Of a stretch of 55,444 nt of DNA, positions 18,229 to 27,576 are shown in pieces. The DNA comes from a virus. Lineage: Duplodnaviria > Caudoviricetes. Under the pieces are notes generated by a model. That model was not told the origin of the DNA, did not search any database, and saw only the letters and a list, made by a program, of their open reading frames with translations. Both the position numbers and the translations under genes were made by a program. The stretch spans positions 1-55,444 of the IMG/VR virus record IMGVR_UViG_3300014848_000022, one strand, 5' to 3'. Numbering within the stretch: position 1 is the stretch's first letter; each line of letters starts with the position of its first letter.

Positions 18229-18798
18229 TCAAAACGGATCATGGTCCAGTGGGCCAACCCCTGACTGGTTCACCCCATAACCCAGAGATCTGTGGATATT
18301 GGTCATACCTTCCATGTCTCGCAAGCCGTATAGCAAGGTGCTTGCGGGCTGATACCCCACCAGCCCCGATACCGCGAACGAACCGATCAGCTCGGCGATT
18401 TCCTCAGCCTTGCGATAGAGAGCCGGGCCCATCACCGGGCGCGGCGGCATTTTGGCTGTGCCAAACTCATGGAACGGCATGATTTCGCTGGTCGAGCCGA
18501 CGGTGCCTTCCCAATCGCCGCTTTCGCGCTCGACGCTGTCGCGCAGGTCACCCCGGCGCAGCAAGGGGTCGTTCTCCGTGAACCCCTGCTGCAACCGATC
18601 TTCCTTGGTGGAATCGGCCAGTTCCGCCCACTCAGGGAACGGGCCTTCCGTGTCCTGATAATGGCCGAACTCGGCCTTAGCCTCTTTCTGCAAGATGGCT
18701 GTGGCCACCTCCAGGCCCTTCCTGGTCGCCACAAGGCCGCCCACAGTGTCTCGGGTAAGGTGGTGCGCCAAGTCGGCCAGGGTGGCGAACTCCATCAT
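18229..18798 (-). CDS. HK97 gp10-like neck/tail-completion protein
   Basis: LLRRGDLRDS and HEFGTAKMPPRPVMGP motifs. Confidence 0.8.
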   Translation of the reverse strand: MMEFATLADLAHHLTRDTVGGLVATRKGLEVATAILQKEAKAEFGHYQDTEGPFPEWAELADSTKEDRLQQGFTENDPLLRRGDLRDSVERESGDWEGTVGSTSEIMPFHEFGTAKMPPRPVMGPALYRKAEEIAELIGSFAVSGLVGYQPASTLLYGLRDMEGMTNIHRSLGYGVNQSGVGPLDHDPF

Positions 18799-18986
18799 CC
18801 CTCAGGCTCCTTGAACACCCACCGGCCCCAATCGAACTCGCCGCCCTCCATTTCGCCCAAGGCGATGGAGAAGCCGAGCCGGTATTCATCGGGCAGCGTC
18901 ATCGCCTGTTCCGGCGACCACCCGTTCTTGATCAGGAATAGCGCCTCACGAAAAGGCGGGTGCTGCGCTATTCGCCGGACTTTTTT
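18795..18986 (-). CDS. Tail assembly chaperone -1 frameshift extension (gpT-like segment)
   Basis: Open -1 frame after A AAA AAG reading VRRIAQHPPFREALFLIKNG...FDWGRW; no start of its own; coupled to the next gene. Confidence 0.75.
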   Translation of the reverse strand, partial: KKVRRIAQHPPFREALFLIKNGWSPEQAMTLPDEYRLGFSIALGEMEGGEFDWGRWVFKEPEG

Positions 18987-19339
18987 CGCAGAGACTCCTC
19001 GCTTTCCTCGGCGAAGTGCTGCTGGACGCCCAGCATGACAGCTTGCACGCCAGCCTCGTCCAGGCGCGTGATCAGCGCCTCGACTTCGCCTTTGGTCGTG
19101 GGTGGCACGACGACGGCGCCATCGATCGAGCCGACGAACAGCAGCGGCAGCACCATGCCCATGTAGACCTGGTTCTGCGCGCTCTGGCCCAGTGCCTCGA
19201 CAAGGCGGAACTGCGCCAGAACGCCGGGCTTGCGCAGCATGATCGAGCGGCCTTGCGCGTCCTGCACGGTGGCCTTCTGCACATCGGGCACGACGGCGGC
19301 CGGGTTGTCCGCCGGATCGGTCAGGGTTACCTTTGCCAT
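18968..19339 (-). CDS. Tail assembly chaperone (gpG-like)
   Basis: Between tube and tape measure; ends with slippery CGA AAA AAG. Confidence 0.82.
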   Translation of the reverse strand: MAKVTLTDPADNPAAVVPDVQKATVQDAQGRSIMLRKPGVLAQFRLVEALGQSAQNQVYMGMVLPLLFVGSIDGAVVVPPTTKGEVEALITRLDEAGVQAVMLGVQQHFAEESEESLRKKSGE

Positions 19340-19347
19340 GTCGTTCC

Positions 19348-19779
19348 TCAGGCCTGCTTGATGCGCTTGGCGTAAGTGCCGGTGAGCTGCTGCGCGACTT
19401 CCTTGTCGGCCTCGAACATGCCGGGGTCATAGTCGAACAGCACGCGCTCATAGCGGAACTGCGTGACCGATCCGTTCGGCTCCTTGATGGTCTCCTGCAC
19501 GGTGCAGTAGTCCTCGCTTTGGCCAGCCCAATAGGCCGCCTCCAGCCCGGCGAAGTAGTTGTCGAGCGTGGCGTCGCGGCGCACGGTCTTGATGTCGAGC
19601 GTGCCCCCCTCCCAGAACCGCAGCGTGTCGTTCACGCCGTCCAGCCCCTTGATCTTGGTCTTGGTGGTTTCCGGCTTCGACGAAAACGACGTGACCTTGC
19701 CCAGCGGCAGGTTGGTGCCGTTCGGCAACGTGACCACGACCGATACGTCGCGGCCGATAGAATAACCCTGTTGGGGCAT
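19348..19779 (-). CDS. Tail tube protein
   Basis: 143 aa beta-rich protein directly after the sheath gene. Confidence 0.8.
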   Translation of the reverse strand: MPQQGYSIGRDVSVVVTLPNGTNLPLGKVTSFSSKPETTKTKIKGLDGVNDTLRFWEGGTLDIKTVRRDATLDNYFAGLEAAYWAGQSEDYCTVQETIKEPNGSVTQFRYERVLFDYDPGMFEADKEVAQQLTGTYAKRIKQA

Positions 19780-19795
19780 TGCTGGCGCTCCTCAG

Positions 19796-19828
19796 AAACG
19801 AAAAAGGCCCGCCGGTCAGGGCGAGGCC
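19796..19828 (-). terminator. Terminator-like hairpin between sheath and tube
   Basis: GGCCTCGCCC-TGACC-GGCGGGCC followed by TTTTTCGTTT. Confidence 0.55.
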
Positions 19829-19851
19829 AAAAAGGGACGATGTGGCGGCGT

Positions 19852-21381
19852 TCAGGCGGCGGTGGTGCTGGCGATGCTGACGCTCTGGCCGCCTTCCAGG
19901 TTCACCAAGAACAGGGTGATGATCGAGAGATAGGTCACGCGCACGTTGACCTGCTCCTTGCCCAGCGCGACCTGGTCGGACGGGTTGTTGCTGGCGTCGA
20001 GGATCGCGGAAAAGGCCTGCCCGGTCGGGTTGTTCACGTCGCCGATCATGCCGCTCGTCTGCATATTCGACAGAAACGTGGTGATTGCGCCGAGCGCGGT
20101 CTGGCGCTGCGTCGGGGTCTGGAGGCGGCCGACCTGAATGCCCATCGCGGTATTGAGCGTGTAGGCGATGTAGTAGGTCAGGCGCGGGTAATTGTCGCCG
20201 TTGATGACCGGGTTCGAACTGGTGTTCTTGCCGATGCGAGAGCCGAAATAGGCCCCGCCCGGACACGGGTTCGTCACCACATCGATGCCGGCATTCGACA
20301 GGGTTTGCAGGTCGGCCGCCGAATAGACCGCGCTGGCATTCGTCTTCTGCGTGGCGACGATCCCGGAAAGCTGCTTGTTGAGCGCCGACTCCTGCGGGTT
20401 GAGCGCTGACAGGCGCCCGGCCAGAAACGATTGCGGACTGATCAGGCGCGTGACGCCATTGACCGGATCGGCCACATAGCACCAGTCACCGAACAGCAAC
20501 TTGAAGCTGTAGCTGTCGATCCCGGCCGTCGCCTTGGTGGTCACGGCGTTCGCGATCGTGTCGCCGGCCGGTCCGGTGCCGATCATGTAGATGCCCTCGG
20601 ACAGGCCAAACGCCACCTGCGCGGTCCACGAGGTCGAGGCATCGCAATCGGCGAGGAAGGCATTGAGGCAGCCGGTGGCGCGCAGGGCATACATGCCGGT
20701 GCGCGAGGTGCCATCAGTGCCGACCATCTGCGTCGCGGTCACGCCGCTGGCGCCGTCGAGGCCGCCAGAGAGCGTCACCGTGGTGGCGACCGGTGCCGTG
20801 GTGGAGACGCCAGCGGAAGCCACGACCAGCTTCGACGGGCCGCGCAGCGCACTGGCGCCGTTGTTGATGGCGGCGGCGATGGCGACCCACACGGCATTGC
20901 CAGTCAGGCCTGCGGCCAGGTTGTCGAAGGTTTCCGGCGCATAGCCCGGCAAGCTCAGCACCAGCTTCCACGAATTGGCCGCAGTGCCGGCGGAAATCGC
21001 GGCGGTGATCGAGTCGCCCAGCGTGCCGGTATACTTGCCGGTCAGGGTCAGGCCGTTGGTGCCGATCGTTGCGGCAGCGGCGGCATCGGTGCCATCGGTG
21101 ACGCGCACGCCGCGCATGTTGGTCGCGCCGTTCAACGCGGCATAATAGACGGCCGTGGACAGGTCATACTTGCGGTTGCCCATGGCGCCGAACGCCTGCG
21201 CCGCATCGGCATAGGTCGCCAGCGTGACCGGAGAATTGACCGGGCCCCACGAGCCGACGCCGACGATGCCAAGGATGTTGGTCGCGATGCCGTTGATATA
21301 GGTCTGCTGCGGCGGCGTGATCTGGACATAGACGTCGGGCACGGCCGAATTGATCGCGGCCCCCTGCTGGATGACGGGCAT
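19852..21381 (-). CDS. Tail sheath protein
   Basis: PDVYVQ, GIVGVGSWGPVN, LSGGLDG and SALNKQL sheath motifs. Confidence 0.93.
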   Translation of the reverse strand: MPVIQQGAAINSAVPDVYVQITPPQQTYINGIATNILGIVGVGSWGPVNSPVTLATYADAAQAFGAMGNRKYDLSTAVYYAALNGATNMRGVRVTDGTDAAAAATIGTNGLTLTGKYTGTLGDSITAAISAGTAANSWKLVLSLPGYAPETFDNLAAGLTGNAVWVAIAAAINNGASALRGPSKLVVASAGVSTTAPVATTVTLSGGLDGASGVTATQMVGTDGTSRTGMYALRATGCLNAFLADCDASTSWTAQVAFGLSEGIYMIGTGPAGDTIANAVTTKATAGIDSYSFKLLFGDWCYVADPVNGVTRLISPQSFLAGRLSALNPQESALNKQLSGIVATQKTNASAVYSAADLQTLSNAGIDVVTNPCPGGAYFGSRIGKNTSSNPVINGDNYPRLTYYIAYTLNTAMGIQVGRLQTPTQRQTALGAITTFLSNMQTSGMIGDVNNPTGQAFSAILDASNNPSDQVALGKEQVNVRVTYLSIITLFLVNLEGGQSVSIASTTAA

Positions 21382-21408
21382 TCTCTTGCTCCTGCTGGTT
21401 CGGCCGGA

Positions 21409-21573
21409 TCAGGCCTTGGCTTCGCTCGCGTCGGCGGCGGGTTCTTCGGGGGCGGTGGTGGCGACGACGAACCGCGCGGTGTCGTCGGCCAGGATCGCCT
21501 TGATCTGGTTGGCATCGGTGATGACATCGCCGACCGCATGGCCGGCGAATGGCTGGGTGACCGTCAGGGCCAT
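21409..21573 (-). CDS. Small hypothetical protein upstream of sheath
   Basis: SD AAGGA, 54 aa MALTVTQPFAGHAVGDVITD. Confidence 0.6.
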   Translation of the reverse strand: MALTVTQPFAGHAVGDVITDANQIKAILADDTARFVVATTAPEEPAADASEAKA

Positions 21574-21584
21574 GTGCTGTCCTT

Positions 21585-22178
21585 TCAGGGGGTGATGAGG
21601 GCAATCGAGCCGATGGTGGCGCCGTTGACCTGCGCGTCCATTTCCACGGTAGTCTGCGCGATCGGGGTGGCGGTCATGGTTTGCAGCACGCCGTAGTTGA
21701 CGCTCAGCATAACATCGCGCCGGTAGAGGTTGAGCAACTGCTTGTCGTCGACCAACTGGCCGCCGGTCCACGACAGCAGCGCCTGCGTGCCATCTGCCAG
21801 TGTGAGCCGGAACGTATCGGACAGGTGGGCATCGATCGCATCGCCAAGCAGATCGCGGGCGGCGAAGGTGCTGGCCCAGATGCTGATCTGCATCTGCCGG
21901 GTCCGACGCTGGGTTTCGCGCACTGCCTGTGCGGCGCCTGTCTCGACCCAATCCATGTCGGCCTTGGTGATCACCGTCACCCGCTCGCCCTTGAGCGGCC
22001 AGACCGAGACATGCACGGTCCCGGCTTTCAGGTCGGCGTCCAGTGTCTGCTTGTCGGGCCAGCCCACGTAGAACTTCACGACAGCACCGATCAGCGCGAC
22101 GGTGCCATCCGATGCTGGCGCGAACAGCGCGGCGATGTCGTCGGCCACGGCGTTGGCGGCATCGATATAGCTGGCCAT
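21585..22178 (-). CDS. Tail terminator/completion protein
   Basis: Position before sheath; QISIWAST..ARD and YRRD..SVNY pattern. Confidence 0.65.
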   Translation of the reverse strand: MASYIDAANAVADDIAALFAPASDGTVALIGAVVKFYVGWPDKQTLDADLKAGTVHVSVWPLKGERVTVITKADMDWVETGAAQAVRETQRRTRQMQISIWASTFAARDLLGDAIDAHLSDTFRLTLADGTQALLSWTGGQLVDDKQLLNLYRRDVMLSVNYGVLQTMTATPIAQTTVEMDAQVNGATIGSIALITP

Positions 22179-22528
22179 CAGACCTCCAGAAGCGCCACGG
22201 TGAGGCGATATCCCAGGCTGTCCCAGTAGGGCGCGATCACTTGGTAGCGACTACCGAGATCGTCGATCATCACGTCGCCGACCTTGAGCGTGCCATTGGC
22301 CAGTTTGCCGCGGGCGATGAACACCCACCATTCAGGCTGGCGCGCGTCGCTGGGCAGCGCGGCCGGCGCCCGCGCGCCTTCCTTGCGCTCCTGGATGCTG
22401 GCGGGGATGCCCGACGCGATCGGCGTCTCGCTTGTCTGGATCTGGCCGCCATAGCCAATCCGCCCCCCTTGGACCTGTCCGCCGGGCCGATGAAACGCCA
22501 CAGTGCGGGGGTAAAGGAACGATGGCAT
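22178..22528 (-). CDS. Head-closure protein
   Basis: 116 aa beta-rich with LKVGDVMIDDLGSRYQV; TGATG coupling at both ends. Confidence 0.65.
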   Translation of the reverse strand: MPSFLYPRTVAFHRPGGQVQGGRIGYGGQIQTSETPIASGIPASIQERKEGARAPAALPSDARQPEWWVFIARGKLANGTLKVGDVMIDDLGSRYQVIAPYWDSLGYRLTVALLEV

Positions 22529-23448
22529 CAGAAAAACAGCTTCAGCCGGAACTGTTCGAGCAGGTTCTTGGTGTCGCTGTCGAGCCGGTTGTCGCTCCAG
22601 CGCTCGAACTTGGTCCCCCCGGCCTGCACGATCTTCAGGCTGGGCGGCGCGTATTCGTCGGCGCCCGCGTTGATCACGATATTGGCCACAGCCTGCTTGA
22701 GCGTGGTGGGTAGCCCGGCGGCGGGATAGCCCGCGACATAGCGCAGGCAGACATCGGTGTAATAGGCCAGCATCAGCCCGGCCGGCACCCAGACTTCGCC
22801 GGTCACCGGGCGCACATCGGCGCTGCGCACATCGAAGGGCACCCACTGCGGCGGCCCGCCGAACGTCTGCACGGCGGCCAGCAGATTCACGTCATTGTAA
22901 AGGCCCGCTACCTGGTCGCTGCGGCGCCCATAGGCATAGCGACCACAGCCTGACAGCAGGCGCATGACCGGCGCGCGCGACACCCTGGTCTGCGAGCGCT
23001 TGGCGGCCAAGGGGCGTTCCTCGACGATGACCAAGCCCGCTTCGAGCGTGGCGCCGATGCTGTGCGCATTGATCGGGGCGGAAACCGTGATCGTGCCGGC
23101 CTGGGCATTGGTGCCGGTGATCACCAGCGCCTCTACCTTGGCATTGTCGGACCGGTCGACGATAAGCACCTCGCCAATCAGGTTGGACGTGCCCACGCTG
23201 GCCATCGGATAGGCAAACGTTGCTGGCTGCCCAGCCGTCAGCGCGACAGGGAGCGCGGCGGAAAATGTCGGTTGCAGCGAGGCCATGTAGCAGGGGACGC
23301 CCCGGCTGTCGGGCGCCCAGACCAGCCCCTCGGGACGCTGGATATAGCTGTCCACCACGCCGCAGGCGTTGACGATGTCAGATTCCGAGACGTCTGGGCC
23401 AAGGCCATAGGTCGCGTACTCGTCGGGCTGGAGGTAGACGCTGGGCAT
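22528..23448 (-). CDS. Head-tail adaptor/connector
   Basis: N-terminal YLQPDEY...ACGVVDSY and C-terminal YVAGY...LPTTLKQAV...LLEQFR. Confidence 0.7.
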   Translation of the reverse strand: MPSVYLQPDEYATYGLGPDVSESDIVNACGVVDSYIQRPEGLVWAPDSRGVPCYMASLQPTFSAALPVALTAGQPATFAYPMASVGTSNLIGEVLIVDRSDNAKVEALVITGTNAQAGTITVSAPINAHSIGATLEAGLVIVEERPLAAKRSQTRVSRAPVMRLLSGCGRYAYGRRSDQVAGLYNDVNLLAAVQTFGGPPQWVPFDVRSADVRPVTGEVWVPAGLMLAYYTDVCLRYVAGYPAAGLPTTLKQAVANIVINAGADEYAPPSLKIVQAGGTKFERWSDNRLDSDTKNLLEQFRLKLFF

Positions 23449-23451
23449 GGA

Positions 23452-23706
23452 TCAGGCCGCCAAGTCCTTGAAGCCGGGCGGCGTCCAGAGCCGGGTGCGC
23501 TTGGCCTGCCCGGTCTTGATCAGGTAGCGGCCCAAGCTGTCAGGAACCTTGGCCGCGCCGTTGATGAAACAGACCTCGAACGTGATCGGCTCGCCAGATT
23601 CGGTCAGCCAGTCGCTGGCGATCACGCCGCCGGTGAATCTGGGGTCGGCTGCGGGCGCGACGTACATGGTGTGGTTTCGGCGCTCGCCGGGATAGTAGAC
23701 GCGCAT
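23452..23706 (-). CDS. Hypothetical virion-region protein
   Basis: 84 aa, phage-like codon use, between capsid and adaptor. Confidence 0.6.
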   Translation of the reverse strand: MRVYYPGERRNHTMYVAPAADPRFTGGVIASDWLTESGEPITFEVCFINGAAKVPDSLGRYLIKTGQAKRTRLWTPPGFKDLAA

Positions 23707-23717
23707 CAGGATGCCCC

Positions 23718-23750
23718 AAAGAAAAAGGCCGCCCCCCTAAGGAGCGGCCC
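23718..23750 (-). terminator. Rho-independent terminator after capsid/HNH genes
   Basis: GGGCCGCTCC-TTAG-GGGGGCGGCC followed by TTTTTCTTT. Confidence 0.75.
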
Positions 23751-23796
23751 AGGCTGTCGCTTGGCTGAAAGGGAAGGGGATCAGCCGGCGGTGACG

Positions 23797-24501
23797 TCAG
23801 AGCAGAAGACCCTGACGCTGCATAAAATCGATCGGATCGGAAGCGCGCTTGCGGCAATTGCAAGGCTTGCAGGTCCATTGCAGGTTCCTGCGGTCGTTAG
23901 AGCCTCCGCGCGACAGCGGGACAATATGGTCCAGTTCGCCGCCGCCGTTAAGCTTCGTCTTGCAGATTGCGCAGCGATCACGCTGCAATCGTCTGATTTC
24001 TTGAATATCCTCAAAGGTATGCCTTCCGCCGTTGCCGTTTTTCAGCGCCTTGCGGTTGGCAAAATAGGTCTTGTACGCGTCCCGGTTCTTGCGGCGGTAT
24101 TCACGATACCATGCTCGCATAGCTTCGGGGTCTTTGGCGCGGCGCGCTCGGTTCTGCGCGTTCACCAGCTCGCGGTTCGCTTGCCGGTAGACCCGAACGC
24201 GGCGCAAGTCATCCGCGCGCAACGATGGGTCAGCGCGCCACTGCTCTCTAGCGCGACGACAAATTTCGTCTCGGTTTTCAGCCCGGTAAGATCGGACCGC
24301 CGTTCTCGCTCGTTCAAGGTTGGCTGCGCGCCAGTCGGCGGCACGACGTCGGTGCCTTTCCGATTGTTCGGCCCGCTTGGCGGTCATGCAGGCTTTGCAA
24401 TGGGAGCGAGGCGCCTTTCGATCACCCCGACAATAGTACGCGCTATGCGGTTTTTCCGCTCCGCAACTGGCGCAAATCTTGGTAGGCTCAGCGTTAGCCA
24501 T
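23797..24501 (-). CDS. Free-standing HNH endonuclease
   Basis: N-terminal KICASC...HCKAC zinc motif, Arg-rich helix, CAIC...LDHIVPLSRGGSNDRRNLQWTCKPCNCRK. Confidence 0.92.
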   Translation of the reverse strand: MANAEPTKICASCGAEKPHSAYYCRGDRKAPRSHCKACMTAKRAEQSERHRRRAADWRAANLERARTAVRSYRAENRDEICRRAREQWRADPSLRADDLRRVRVYRQANRELVNAQNRARRAKDPEAMRAWYREYRRKNRDAYKTYFANRKALKNGNGGRHTFEDIQEIRRLQRDRCAICKTKLNGGGELDHIVPLSRGGSNDRRNLQWTCKPCNCRKRASDPIDFMQRQGLLL

Positions 24502-24504
24502 CTT

Positions 24505-24595
24505 GCTGGTCCTTCAGCTAGATCGGTTAGAGGCCGGGTTGCGCTGCTAACGCGCCCGGCCTCGCCAATATAGCCGAAAGAACAGCAAAAGTAAA
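24505..24595 (-). promoter_or_regulatory. Sigma70-type promoter and structured leader of HNH gene 2
   Basis: TTTACT(24595-24590)-17 nt-TATATT(24572-24567), hairpin 24530-24563, TAACC, then small hairpin GCTG-AAGGAC-CAGC. Confidence 0.7.
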
Positions 24596-24598
24596 ACG

Positions 24599-25627
24599 TT
24601 AGCCGGCGGTTACCGTGGGGCGGACAACCGCAACAACTGCATGAGCTGCGTCGGCTCGTTTCGCAACAATGGCGCTGAAATGGATTCCCACATACTGGCC
24701 CTGCAAGCCAGCCAGCAGGCCAAGCTGGAAGATGCGCGGCTTGAGGTTGCCGTCGCCCCCATGAACCACCGGGCGCTCGATCATCTTCTCGGTCATGATG
24801 ACCGCGAAATAATTCGAGTTGCCCGAGCCGGGCGCCGAGAAGCCATAGCTGGCGTCGGTGGTGGCGGGAAGGAACGGGTCGGGGATCAGCGGCAGGTCGC
24901 CCGCCTGCGTGCTGATGTATTTCACCGTGACGCCCGCCGTCACCTCGGCGGTACGCAGGTCGATGTGCGCGGCCTTGGCTTCACGGTCGATCAGGTCGTT
25001 CAGGATCGGGTTGATATAAATCGCGGTCGGGCGAACGGCCTGCGTGGTGTTGGCCAGCATGGCCGCGACCTTGGCCTTGATGCCGTCGATGATCGAAGCG
25101 CCCAGGCCAATCGTAGCCTGGTTGGTGATCTGGGTCAGCAGCCCGCAGAAGCTCTGCGTCGAGCTGTCGGTGATCGCCGTGGCCGTGCCGCTCCAGACCG
25201 CCGCCGCTTCGGTGATCGTGATACCCGACACGATGTCTTCGATGTCCTTGGATTCGACGTAGGAGAACTGGCCCTGCATGCGGGTAACGTCCACATCGAA
25301 CAGGCCGAAATTGGTCTGCGCGGTGACGGCCTTGATGTAGACCGAGCGCTCGGTGCGGGTCGGGCCCGACGCGGAGGGCGAGATCGAGCGCGGATCGGTG
25401 AACGTACCGGTCGCGATCGCGGTCTGGTCGAAGAAGCGGTGCGGGTGGCCGGTCGCCTGGGTTTCCGGGTTGCGGGAGAGGAAGATCGATTCGCGACGAA
25501 CGATATCGACGATTTCGGTTTCATACCGGTTCACCTCGATCGCGCCATTGCCGAGATAATCGGCGGCGGCCTTGAGCGAGATGAACTGAGCTTCGCTGAC
25601 GCGGTCGCCAGTGGCTGCAATGTTCAT
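24599..25627 (-). CDS. Major capsid protein
   Basis: 342 aa after protease/scaffold, strong codon bias, GVTVKYISTQAGDLPLIPDPF HK97-like C-terminal pattern. Confidence 0.85.
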   Translation of the reverse strand: MNIAATGDRVSEAQFISLKAAADYLGNGAIEVNRYETEIVDIVRRESIFLSRNPETQATGHPHRFFDQTAIATGTFTDPRSISPSASGPTRTERSVYIKAVTAQTNFGLFDVDVTRMQGQFSYVESKDIEDIVSGITITEAAAVWSGTATAITDSSTQSFCGLLTQITNQATIGLGASIIDGIKAKVAAMLANTTQAVRPTAIYINPILNDLIDREAKAAHIDLRTAEVTAGVTVKYISTQAGDLPLIPDPFLPATTDASYGFSAPGSGNSNYFAVIMTEKMIERPVVHGGDGNLKPRIFQLGLLAGLQGQYVGIHFSAIVAKRADAAHAVVAVVRPTVTAG

Positions 25628-25655
25628 GGTCTTGGGTCCTTTCTGGCGAACTGGA

Positions 25656-27059
25656 TCAGTCGATCAGGCCGTTGCGGGCCATCTCGGTCTTCATCTGGAT
25701 GCGCTGCTGCATGGACAGGCCGGAGGCGCGCAGGGCTTCGTCCAGCTTGGCCACAGGCATCTTCTCGCCGTCACCCGGCGCCGCGATGTTGGCCTTGGCC
25801 ATCAGCGCGCTGATTTGCGGCGAGAGCGTCTTGCGCTGCGGCTCGGGCGAGGTATCGCGCTTGGCGGCCTGGATACCTTCCAGCTTGGTCGAAAGATCGC
25901 CGATCTGGGCCTTGAGCGCGGCAACTTCCGGGCTTTCGGTCGGCGCCGTCGCACCGCCATCACCCTTCTCGGCGCCGGCGTAGAATCCGCCGTTCCAGTC
26001 GTGGTCGCGATAGATATGCGGCAGCGTTCCGGCCATGGCCTCGGCCTCCATGTTGTCGGCCATGCGATTCAGCACGGCGACATGGCCGCGCGTCGAATGA
26101 ACGCCGATACCGGCAGCCTGCATGGACGCGGCGCAGGCGCGCAGGGTATCTGCATGCGGCGCGACCTTGGCGTGCAGCTCCTTGCCGGCCTCGATCTTGC
26201 TGCCCAGTTCGTTGTGGCTGGCCTCGACCTTGTCGAGGCGTTCGGTCACGGGCTTGAGCGCGGCGGCCAGCACCGCTTCCAGTTCTTCCTTGGTCATGGG
26301 GAAATCCTCGATTGCTGCCGGGGCATTTTCAGCCGATGCGGCGAGCGACGTGGTGGTGTAGGCGGCCTTGTCCTTGAGTAGGATTGCGGCGCCAGTGAAC
26401 ACGCAGGCGGTGATGACCAAGGGGTCCGATTCAAGGTCTTCAACAAGGATTTGTTGCGCTTCAAAACTGAAGCCCAGGGCGTTCTTGTTGGCCTTGATCT
26501 CGGCGGCTTCCTCGGGGAAGTCGGCTGCGTAAATGAAGCCTTCAATCCGCAGATCGGAGCCTTCGACGGTGGCGCCGGTGATGACGCCGATCTTCGCGCG
26601 GACATCGTGCCCGTCGAAATTGGGGGTATAGTCAACGGCCATCAGGGCCAAACTGTCGAGCGCGGCCTCGGCCGCCTCAGCGGTCAGCAGCACGCGCTTT
26701 CCGCCCGAACCGTGTGGCGCATTGTCCGAAGGAATGCCGACCCGCGTCAGCACGCCAGAGAACGGCATGCGGTTGGGGTGGTCCTGCACGTCCGGGACCA
26801 CCAGCGCCATGGCATCGATGCGCATGGCGCTGATCTTTTCCCAATCGGTCGTATCCATGCCCAGTTCATGGGCTCGGCGAATGATGCGTCGGCGCGCCTC
26901 AGCCCTTTCTTCGACGGTCAACCCCTGCGTGCGCGAAAGCTGCGACCATGCGAGGCGGGTGTGCCGTTCGTCAGGCATGGGAAGCTTGCGCTTGCCCGGC
27001 ACTGCGAATTGTTCGCTGGGCAGGGCCTCGCGCTGCTCCTTGGTCAGTGGCGCCGTCAT
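25656..27059 (-). CDS. Prohead protease/scaffold fusion
   Basis: N-terminal REALPSEQFAVP domain, protease-like H...GFSFE...FTGAAIL region, coiled-coil C-terminus; start MTAPL. Confidence 0.75.
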   Translation of the reverse strand: MTAPLTKEQREALPSEQFAVPGKRKLPMPDERHTRLAWSQLSRTQGLTVEERAEARRRIIRRAHELGMDTTDWEKISAMRIDAMALVVPDVQDHPNRMPFSGVLTRVGIPSDNAPHGSGGKRVLLTAEAAEAALDSLALMAVDYTPNFDGHDVRAKIGVITGATVEGSDLRIEGFIYAADFPEEAAEIKANKNALGFSFEAQQILVEDLESDPLVITACVFTGAAILLKDKAAYTTTSLAASAENAPAAIEDFPMTKEELEAVLAAALKPVTERLDKVEASHNELGSKIEAGKELHAKVAPHADTLRACAASMQAAGIGVHSTRGHVAVLNRMADNMEAEAMAGTLPHIYRDHDWNGGFYAGAEKGDGGATAPTESPEVAALKAQIGDLSTKLEGIQAAKRDTSPEPQRKTLSPQISALMAKANIAAPGDGEKMPVAKLDEALRASGLSMQQRIQMKTEMARNGLID

Positions 27060-27072
27060 TGCTGGATGAGCC

Positions 27073-27576
27073 TCAGAGGTGCGAGCGGGCGAAGGCGAGG
27101 GCGGCACCAAGCTCGCCCTCCACTTCACCTTCCAGGCCGCGCACAAAGTCCTTGAACTCGTGCCAGCGCAGCGCAAGCTGGGAGACCAAACTTTCATGCG
27201 GGCGCGGCGGCGCCACACTGATGGCGTCGGGATCAGCCGGGGCATCCGCCAGCGCCACGGTGATCGAGCCGCCCGCTGTCAGCAGTTCGCTGTCGGCTTC
27301 GGAGCCATCCACGGCGGGATTGCTGGAGGGGGGGGCTCCCGGCGCATCGCTGGGAGCGCCTTCAGCGGCCTTGGCGGCAGCGGCTGCGCCCTCCGGATGC
27401 CCGGAGATTGCCGCCCCAAGCGCGGCGATCGCACCCTTGCGGTTCGGGCCAGCCTGCTCCGCTTCGAGTGCGGCGTTCAGGGTGTCGAGGTCGACGCCGT
27501 CAAGGTGGGCTGCGAGAAGAGCCACGGGCATGGCGACGAGAGCGGCGGCATCCGCCTGGATGGTTTCCTCGCTCAT
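27073..27576 (-). CDS. Ala-rich hypothetical protein
   Basis: ATGA-coupled within the head operon; LEAEQAGPNRKGAI motif. Confidence 0.6.
   Translation of the reverse strand: MSEETIQADAAALVAMPVALLAAHLDGVDLDTLNAALEAEQAGPNRKGAIAALGAAISGHPEGAAAAAKAAEGAPSDAPGAPPSSNPAVDGSEADSELLTAGGSITVALADAPADPDAISVAPPRPHESLVSQLALRWHEFKDFVRGLEGEVEGELGAALAFARSHL

Noticed and set aside
10092-21381. Sheath, tube and baseplate genes as a T6SS, tailocin or eCIS
   Set aside because: They are contiguous with terminase, portal, capsid and integrase genes, so this is an ordinary phage tail.
23062-24573. Long opposite-strand ORFs (also 19333-20409, 40288-41490, 45906-47024, 49434-50945)
   Set aside because: They shadow well-supported genes in GC-rich DNA and show no motifs or start signals.
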